DNA from: Vicugna vicugna
Taxonomy: Eukaryota
Length of the DNA stretch: 64,000 bases
Assembly (NCBI GenBank): GCA_013265495.1
Contig: MU057887.1
Coordinates: 2,761,576 to 2,825,575, forward strand
Direction of reading: 5' to 3'
Position numbers and translations under genes: made by a program. Below, piece by piece: positions 56,140 to 64,000 of this stretch. Below the pieces are notes generated by a model. That model had not been told where the DNA came from, ran no database searches, and saw only the letters and a program-made list of their open reading frames with translations. How positions within the stretch are numbered: position 1 is the first letter of the stretch; each line of letters opens with the position of its first letter.

Positions 56140-57374
56140 GGGGCTCACGGACCCCCGGTCTCGTCTGGGAGTCCTCCGCCCAGTCCGTGACTTAGAGGAC
56201 TTGTGTTCTCCATGCCTGGCTTCCTCCCCGGGTCCAGGGCGATGCTGACAGCCCTGAGCAGCCCTTGGTCCTGCACCACACACGTGCGGGTGGGGGCGCT
56301 GCCCTTCCGTCAGGCCCCGGCTGGGTCTCGGCCTCCTGCCTTCCCACCTGCGGCCCCGAGGTTGCTCTGCTGTTCTCTGGGCAGCCTCCTCCCATTTTCC
56401 CGTCCTACCCTCTCATGGTGATGCCGAAAGGCTGGGGGTTGGCCCTTGGGGCTCTGGAGGGTGGGGCCACCAGTGGAAACAGAATTTCCTGGAACAGTTA
56501 GCAGGAGACGCAGGTGAGGGGGGCATTCACGGTGCTGCCCCGATGCCCACCTGTGTTTTCTGGGGCTGATCTTGGAAGGCTGCCGAGTGGCTGTCGGGCT
56601 CGCTGAGCAGGGCCCTTGGGGCTGATGGTGTGTGGGACCTGGTTCCTGTGTGTGGAGCAGCAGCCCTCGGCATCCTGGATGCTGGGCTTCCTCGGAGCTT
56701 GCTGAGCGACGGGGGCGGGGGGTCAGGATGGCCCAGGTGCCCGCAGCCATGGGAGGGAGGTGCCTGCGTGCAGCCCAGGTAGGAACCCGAGTGGACCCGG
56801 GTGCCTGGTCTGCTGAGTCACACCCACCCACAGTGTCCCTTGTGGAACTTCCCTGAGCGACTCCTCGTGCACCGGTCAGCCCGGCCGACACCCACGTCAC
56901 TGGCAGACTGCGGGGCCTCAGGACTGGGCAGCGCGGGTGCTGGAGACGGAGGCGCGGGGGGAGTGTCCGGTGGACCAGCCCCTTCCTCCTTCCCATGGGG
57001 AACCTGAGGTCGGCGGGGGTGGGGCTCGCCCAGGGCCACGTGGGTCTCAGTGAGTGATGTGGGTGGACATCCAGGCAAGTGGATTTTTAGGCCAGGAGAC
57101 TGGAGTGGCTGAAGGCTCACAGATGGCCGTCCCCCAAGGAATAGGCAGGGGCTCCAAACTGGCTGACAGGGCTGGGGGCTGTGGAGGTGGGCCGATGGGG
57201 TTGGCGGGGCTTGGGGCCTGGGGTCAGCCGAGCTGAGCGCGGCTAGTTACTAAGTTGCAGAGAAACATTCCACTGGCTCCTCCGATCAGCATCCCTAGTG
57301 CCGTGTGGGACCAACCGCCCAGAACGGCACGGTGTATTCCTGGTCCGCCTCCGGGAGGAGGGGCACGGCCTCGC

Positions 57375-57445
57375 CCCTCCCGGGCCTCCGTTTCCCCGTC
57401 TGTGAGGTGGGGGTGCTCCCAGCAGCCCCCCCGAGGCTGCTCCGT
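57375..57445 (+). mobile_element. MIR fragment (GC-drifted)
   Basis: cctcccgggcctccgtttccccgtctgtgaggtggggg resembles ctctgtgcctcagtttcctcatctgtaaaatgggg. Confidence 0.5.
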
Positions 57446-59560
57446 CCAGCCTTGCTGTGCTGGCTGGGGCTTCTGGGGCGATGACGGAGGGCCCCAGGTT
57501 GTGCGAGGGGGATGGGCAGCACATAGCACTGTGCCCGCGTCTTGTAACCCCCGCGGTCCACACTGGCATTATTTTTATCTGTTCTTATTTTTCTCGTTAA
57601 CTCGAGTCCTTTTTTAAAGAGCTGTGGTTTCCTAGGAGGCCGATTACGATAAATACCAGAAAACAGACGCCTGTTACCAGCCACTGTGCGGGGGCCGGCA
57701 GACCCTCCCCGGGCCTCGAAGCTGCGCTTTCTCCATCTGCCGAGCAACGCACGTGTCTTCCGGCTCCGGGGACTCCCGGGGTGACTCCGGGGCTCGGGGG
57801 GCCTTGGAGTGTGGCGGGGACCGCTGGTTGCCCAGGAGATGGCAGAGCTCTGTGTCTGCCCTCCTCAGCGAGGCCGATGAGAGGGGCTGGGGGCACCGAG
57901 GCGCTTCGCAGGCTGTACACATGCGGGGCCTCTTGGTTTGCTCCCAGAGCTGAGCGTGTGTAGATCTGAGTACGAGCTGGTGCCTGGAGACCTGAGGCTT
58001 CTCCCCACGCTCAGGAGCTCCCACGTAGGTCCCCCGTGCCCACCAGCGGCCCGCTCTCCCCGCACGCCTTGCCACCTCTGTGGGCATCCGGACAGCTTTC
58101 TCTGTGTCTCTGCTGTCTGTGGAGACCGGGCGCACGGTCAGTGCTTGTAGGTGGTGGAGAGAGCGATGTAGGTGGCCGGGCAGACGGACCTCTTGGCGTG
58201 GAGCTCTGGCCACCAAGCCCACGGAAACTCGATCTAGCCTGTCACCAGCCTTGGGGTGGGGTTGGCAGGGGAGCCGAGTCCCCTCAGGACAGTGTCTGTG
58301 TCCCGCCTGGAGGGGCCCTTTGGACACCGGCCCGTGAGCACTCCCTCTCCTGGCTGGGAGGCCCTCCGGATTAGCTGTACCCATAGGCCTGGGCAAGCAA
58401 AGCCGCGCGTCAGTGAGTCTGGAATGAAGTGTCCCCATGAGCCCCGTGACCTGTGCATGGGGAGCATCAGCCTCACTTGGACTCGGGGCCCTGAGCTCAC
58501 ATCCAGCTGTGCGCCTGCACGTGCAGCCTTCACTGCCCCGATTGCAAGGTATCCTTGTTAAGCCATCTCAGGGCGCAGGGTACAACCCAGGGAGAGCAGT
58601 GCCGACTCGGGGGCACTCCCTGTCCCCAGAAAGATCGCCTCCCCCAGGTGCCTCTGTTCCCTCAGCCCCCAGGGTGGAGGTGGTCACAGTCGTTCCCAGA
58701 AGAAGCTGGGGAAGTGGATGCATTTTGTTCTCAGGATCAGCATGTCACTGGCGACAGTAATGACATCCTGCTGTCCTCTGGGCCAAAGCCAGCCGAGTGG
58801 GGTTCCCTGGGGGCCGCAGCGACCGCTCAGTGTGCGGCGGGGGAGGAGTGACACCCCGGGGACCGGGCGGTGGGCGCAGCAGCGCCGCGAGCGCCTGCCA
58901 GCCACGTGCCTCTGGGAGCCGAGACCCCCAGAGGTGGCTAATTAGTGTCTGCAGACCCCGCGCATCGTCAGACGCTAATCCTTTAAGAACAGAGAACGTC
59001 TCCAACGACAGCTGAGCTCCAAGCCAAATAAATTAAAACTTCTCCTGCACAGTATCTCGTAGCCTTGTTAAGTGGCAAGATTATGCAAAAAAAAAATCAT
59101 TAAGTGAGATAATGCACCCTTCGGCGTGGCGCCTCCAGACGTCCATTCTCTCCCACCCGGCCCTGCTTAAGCTCGATTCCAGGGGAATTAGTGGTATTAC
59201 TCTTTAAATCTTCACTTGTGTGCTATGGCAGCGTGTTGCAAAGCTTTTGAAATGTATCTTGAAAGCAGCGCCTGGTTCTCCTGCCTTACGAGGGGGTGAG
59301 CGTGAGGGGTTTCAAAGCGGGCTGATCTGGAGGTATTTTGATCGTGTGCCAATAGGTTTTTTTTTCATCTAATGAAAAAGAAAAGGTGTTGTTTTCCTGA
59401 AAGTTAACGAGATAGAGTTGTTTCAGGGAAGATGAGGGACAAGGAGGAGAGACGGCCTCGGAGGGGAGCCCTCCTCCCTGGCCGCTGAGGGCCATGCCCG
59501 GTGCTGGGCCCTGGGACCCGGCCGGGGCAGAGGGGGCCGCAGCCTCCCTGGTCTCACGTT

Positions 59561-59967
59561 CCAATTGTGCGCTGCCGGATGAGTGGATAAGTGAGGCCTC
59601 TACGTACGAGGGAATACTGCTCAGCCCTGAAAAAGGGGGACATTCTGACACCTGCTGTGACATGGGTAAGCCTTCAGGATCTCATGCTCAGTGACGCAAG
59701 CCAGACACAAAAGGACAAACACTGAAGGATTCCGCTTGTGTGGGGTCCCTGAGCCATCAACTCTGTAGAGACAGACAGGAGACAGTGGGGCCGCGGGCTG
59801 GGGTCGGGGTGGGCTGTGAGTGTTTAAGGGGGCGGAGTCTCAGTCTGGGGAGGTGGTTGGCCCCACGGTCACAACCGCGTGAACGGACGTGATGCTGGGA
59901 GCTGCGCGCTTATCAGTGCTCAGGTGGTAAGCTTTGTGATGCGTGCATTTTGTCACAATAAAAAAAA
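59561..59967 (+). mobile_element. L1MB-type 3' end
   Basis: ggatgagtggataa...ggaatactgctcagccctgaaaaagg..acattctgacacctgct..catgg..aagcctt.agga..tcatgctcagtga..caagccagacacaaaaggacaaa.actg..ggattcc.ctt, ending cattttgtcacAATAAAaaaa (59957). Confidence 0.85.
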
Positions 59968-60397
59968 CTAAGGCACGTGCTCCATTGTGTCAAAGGGCGA
60001 GACGCAGGCAGTCGCAACATCATTAAAGCAAATGACAGTCTGTGCTTTCTTGTTGCTGTTGTCTGAACTGAAGCACAGGCAGATCACAACCTTGCGTCCG
60101 CTTCTGGGTACGGCCTAGGGGTCCATGCTTTTCAAAAGGGCTGATCTAGAGTTGAGGGAGGGTAGAGCAGATGGTAGGGGGCGTCCCGCTCCCCCTGCGC
60201 CCAGTGTCCCCTCCACTCCCCTCCCGCTGGTGTGTCTGTCATGCTGCTGAGTTAGTATCCATGGTTCGTTATGCTTAACCAGAGACCACAGTCCTCATCC
60301 GGGCCTGGCGTGCTGGTGCACGTTCCGTGGCCCTGACAAGTGCACCAGCGGGTGGGATCCCCCACACCCATCCTCTGTCGTCTTCTTGCTCAGGCCA

Positions 60398-60425
60398 CTG
60401 GGCACTGACCTCTGGGCACTGACCT
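60398..60425. repeat. Perfect 14-bp tandem duplication (CTGGGCACTGACCT x2)
   Basis: Read directly from the sequence. Confidence 0.9.
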
Positions 60426-62569
60426 TGCACCCCGCGCCATCCAGGCCGTAGGTCCCGGACGCCCAGGGCCCCCCATCTTCCAGGCAGCTATGATGGCAGA
60501 TGGTTCACAGCCTGGGCCCGGGGTGCAGGCAGGGGGCCTGCTGCGGCCTTGGCTCTGACGTGACCGTGGGCAGGTCACCCCTCAAAGTCACCACGATGGC
60601 GCCAGGTGCCTCGGGGACTGAGCGTGGACCCCTGTGCTGGGGTCCTCTGGGGGGTACAGCAGGGGCCTGGGGGACACCCCTCCTAGGTGACTAAGTTGTG
60701 TCTTCGTTGCCCCGCTTTGCAGTGTGGTTTTATGACGTAGCACAAGACACAGCTGAAATTCCAGCATTTTACTTTACTACCTTTTCCCTTTGTCTTTAAT
60801 ACCAAAAAGTGGCGCTCAGGTGACTTTATTCCCTTACGACACACCAGTCACAGACACACCTGCCTTTCTCGGGAGGAGATGCCCCTCCACCCCCGCTTCT
60901 CTACCCGCAGCTCCTCCCACCACTGCCGCCCCAGGGCTCCCGCGTCGCTGCTCCCACTCCCTGGGCCGGCGGCGTCTCTGCCCCCCTTTCTCCCGGGCTC
61001 ACGTTTGAGGGAAGCCCACCAGGCAGCTCGCTCGGCCCCGGGACCTCCAGCATCCCTGCTCACAGACCCCTCTCCCCATCACGGAACTCACGCAGCACGG
61101 CCGGCCCTCCCCTGTCCGCGTGTGTGCAAGTCCGGGTTCTCCCGGGAGCAGAAGCAGCTGGCGTGTCTGGAGAGGGGGGAGAGGCTTCTTTTAAAGAATT
61201 GGCTCCTGTGAATGTGGAGATCTGGGAAACCCGAGTCCGATGGGGAGGCCGGGAACCCGGGAAGAGCCGACGCTGCCATCCAGTGTGCGGCCGGCTGGAG
61301 ACGCAGTCCCCTCTTAGCTGGGCGAGGTCCCTCTGTCCCCCTCGAGCCTTCAGCTGGTCAGACGAGGCCCACCCACGCTGCCGAGAACAATCTGCTTTAC
61401 TGCCTCGGCCAACTGGAGTGCTCACCTCCTCGAACGGTACTTCCATGGCACTGTCAAGTGTCACGTTTGACCAGGTATCCAGGTGTGGCGGCCCGGCCAG
61501 GTGGACACGGAGTCACCCGTCACGGGAAGTTACGTTCGGGCGGTGGCGGGAGGGCCGGGGTGTGATGATCAGCGGTGTGAATGGTCCGGGGCTGAGGGCA
61601 GCCATCCCGGAAGGCACGGCTCCTCCTGGGGCTGGAAGGCCCCGCGGCCCCAGGGACGCAGGCGATGCCGGGGCCTGGCACGGGGCTTGCCATCCAGCCG
61701 GTGTGTGGGATGCCCTTGGGGCAGGGCGGGCCAGCAGGGCCCAGGGGCAGGTGAGCTGGGGCCTCCGGGCCGTGCTGAGGACACTCAGTCTGTGGACCGA
61801 GCACGTGACTGCGAGGATGGAGAGCCAGGTGCCCCTCAAAAGCCCAGGGGAGGGAGTGGCCCGGCGGGCGGCTCCAGATCCCCACCTGCCAGGATGGCGC
61901 CGAGCAGACACGGACTCATGGGGGGCACTGGTATTATTCAGAGCTCTGCACCGATGCGGGGGCTTGTGTGTGAAGCTGGGCTGTGGGGTCCCTGCCGGCT
62001 GCACCTCTCCAGGCACTGCACCCTCTCCTGCCCCCGGCAGACGGGGCCAGGTCCTGCATCCCTTCTCCTGAGCCATCCGATGCAGTCCCTGGGCCCTGGA
62101 GGCGGAGAGGGTGCAGATCCCAGCTCAGGGACACTGAGGAGAGGCTGTGCCCCACACGGGAGCCCCTTGCCCAGGCCAGCTGGTCGAGGTCTCCAGAGGT
62201 AGGAGTGGAGTCAGGCACCGGCCAGGAGCCCGTGGCCATGTCATGGGGCTGGTGTTCACACAGGGGCCTGCCCACCGGGAGGCCAGACTAGCTGTTCTGG
62301 GGCCACACCCCTTGTTGTGAGCCCCCCAGGGCCAGCTCTGCCCCCACTGGGCAGCTTTGCCTGCCCCCTCGCTTCCCCCACAGGCTGCCTGTCCTGTGCC
62401 CCAGCCAGGCCGGCACCTCCTTCCACGCCCTCGGCCCCCCTCCCCGCCCTCCACTGCCCTGGGCTCTTTTGTCTCCAGTAATGAGGGCAGCCCTCCACAG
62501 CCCACCCATCCTGGCCCTTTTAGATTCCAGGGCCCCTTGGAGAGTCTGATTCCAGAGGGCCCTCTGGTA

Positions 62570-62931
62570 GGCACGGCATGGTCCGTCTGTGCAGCCGATC
62601 CTTGGTCAGCCTTACAGAGGAGGGGCATTCTGACACGTGGAGGACCCTGGCGAACACGACGCCAGCGAAGATGCCGGGCACGGAAGGGCAGGTCCTGCGG
62701 GATGACCCTCGTGCGAGGTCGCTGGGGTCAGAGCGCGAGACAGAAGGGAGACGGTGGGGCCCAGGGGCTGGGGAGAGGGGAGGTGAGTGTCTAATGGGGA
62801 CAGGTTTCAGTTTGGGAAGAAGAGAACGTTCCGGAGGTGATGTGGTGATGGTCGCATGGTGTGAGTGTACTTGGCGCCCCTGAGTAGTCAAGAAGGTGAA
62901 TTTTACTCTCTGCATTTTACCAGAATAAAAA
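62570..62931 (+). mobile_element. L1MB-type 3' end, strongly GC-drifted
   Basis: tcagccttacagagg..gcattctgacac...gagacagaag..gacggtgg...ccaggggctggggagagggg...taatggggacaggtttcagtttgggaaga.gagaacgttccggag.tgatgtggtgatggt.gca, ending cattttaccagAATAAAaa (62924). Collinear with 59561-59967. Confidence 0.8.
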
Positions 62932-64000
62932 CCGAGTAAGTGCGTAAATAGAGGAGGTGGCCTCCCCCAGAGGGACGCACGTGTGCACGTGGATGTGTAC
63001 ACAGACCCCTGCGTGCAGAGGCCCGCAGCCCCTCCCACTAACGGGCTGCAGCGTGGCGGGGCCCTGGATGGCTGCGGGGGTGCTGGTGGGTCCCCACTGT
63101 GTGAACGGGAGGCTCCCCCGGCATCTCCATCGCCCTTAGGGTGGGTGCCCCGTATGACCGCCACCCCCACACCCTGGTGCGCAGCACTGGCCTGAGTCTG
63201 AGCTGTTCCAGGAAGATGCTGTCTGGACAGCGGGTGCCCTGGATGGGAAGCGGGGTGCGTCCCAGAGGGCCCCCGGTGTGCCCTGAGCTCCAGGGGCCGA
63301 GTCGAGGGGCCCCGGGACGTTGGTCAGCTGTGCGCTTTGCCAGCCGCAGGTGCTGGGCAGGCTGACCGTGAACGCTGCCGTCTGTCCTGATTGGCCCCTG
63401 CCGTGCAGGGGAGGAAGGGGTGTGTCTCAGGGCTGAGCTGAGCAGCGGGAGCCGCTCCTGTGTGTGTGTGTGCTGAGGGGCGGGGGTGACGGTGCCCCCG
63501 TTAGCCATGAGGGAAGGCGCAGCGCGGGGCTCCGTCTCCCTCTCCTCCGGTCTGCCCCTGCTCCTGTGACTCAAGCCCTGGGCCTCCTTCCGGCAGAGGG
63601 GAGGCTCCCACTGCCCAAGACTCTGTGCCCAACGGCAAAGCTTCCCGTGGTCCAGGCAAGGGGCTTGCACCCCCGGTTTGGAGTCTCAGCGTCCGAGCCT
63701 GGACCTGATCTGGGACGTTCCCCAGGGCAGGGCTGGCTGGCACTTGTCTTCACCAGGGAAGTGGATTTTGGTCGCTCGGGATGTTGGAGGGCGCGGCTCA
63801 GCCCCAGCTGCCGTGGGCGGCGCCAGGCCCTCTGCTCCTGAAGCACCACCTCCAGGAGCCCAGGTCTGGGGACCGGAGCCTTGGCTGCTGATGTGTCCTG
63901 AGTGGGAGGCGCCTTCTGCGCGGAGGCGAGGCTGAGGCCAGGAGGCCAGGAGGCCGGGAGGGAGGGTGCTCTGCCCCGCCCCCTGTGCATCGCTAGCACT

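Larger units (their letters stand above)
44340..64000 (+). other. TAFA5: TAFA5 intron downstream of the alternative first exon (continues beyond the window)
   Basis: Starts at the GT donor 44340. I found no sequence encoding exon 2 (GTCEIVTLDRD...) in the ORF track or by eye. Confidence 0.8.

Noticed and set aside
60790-60826. Possible 10-nt microexon (aaaAG tggcgctcag GTGACT)
   Set aside because: A-rich acceptor, not frame-preserving; shows the chance background for the microexon candidates reported above.
26-63999. Hundreds of 60-390 aa ORFs on both strands
   Set aside because: Expected at this GC content because stop codons are rare. Many begin at non-ATG codons; none shows a recognisable domain or exon structure.
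1-64000. tRNA, rRNA, snoRNA, miRNA genes and canonical REST/RE1 sites
   Set aside because: No convincing instance seen by eye; only partial RE1-like half-sites. tRNAscan-SE, Infernal/Rfam and a PWM scan would be needed to exclude them.

Overview
This is GC-rich, CpG-rich mammalian genomic DNA, not prokaryotic. The L1 3' ends resemble cetartiodactyl L1s as I recall them, and I saw no Alu, B1, Bov, PRE-1 or CHR-2 SINEs. The only protein-coding sequence I can support is an alternative first coding exon of TAFA5 (FAM19A5) on the + strand. It runs from ATG 44249 to 44339, encodes MQLLKALWALAGAALCCFLVLVIHAQFLKE-G (a signal peptide) and is followed by a phase-1 GTAATT donor. It sits in a CpG island (~42.8-44.8 kb) whose core is hidden by a 585-nt N gap. 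Sequence downstream is TAFA5 intron; exon 2 (QLAAGTCEIVT...) is not in the window. By analogy to the human locus, sequence upstream is probably intron 1 of the long isoform that uses a more distal first exon. The rest is ancient, GC-drifted repeats (L1M, MLT1, MIR, hAT-Charlie), one LTR, simple repeats, a ~92-bp VNTR across a second N gap, and short AT-rich, motif-dense islands that look like enhancers. All other ORFs in the track look like GC-richness or N-gap artefacts. The leads most worth checking are: a TGATG-coupled uORF/overlapping-ORF pair in the TAFA5 5' leader; an LTR with five CCAAT boxes and two octamers pointing antisense; several candidate neural enhancers; two candidate microexons; and strong AT-to-GC drift of old repeats. 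I found no evidence of a wholly new gene system. Repeat-family and motif assignments come from remembered consensus sequences, not database searches.
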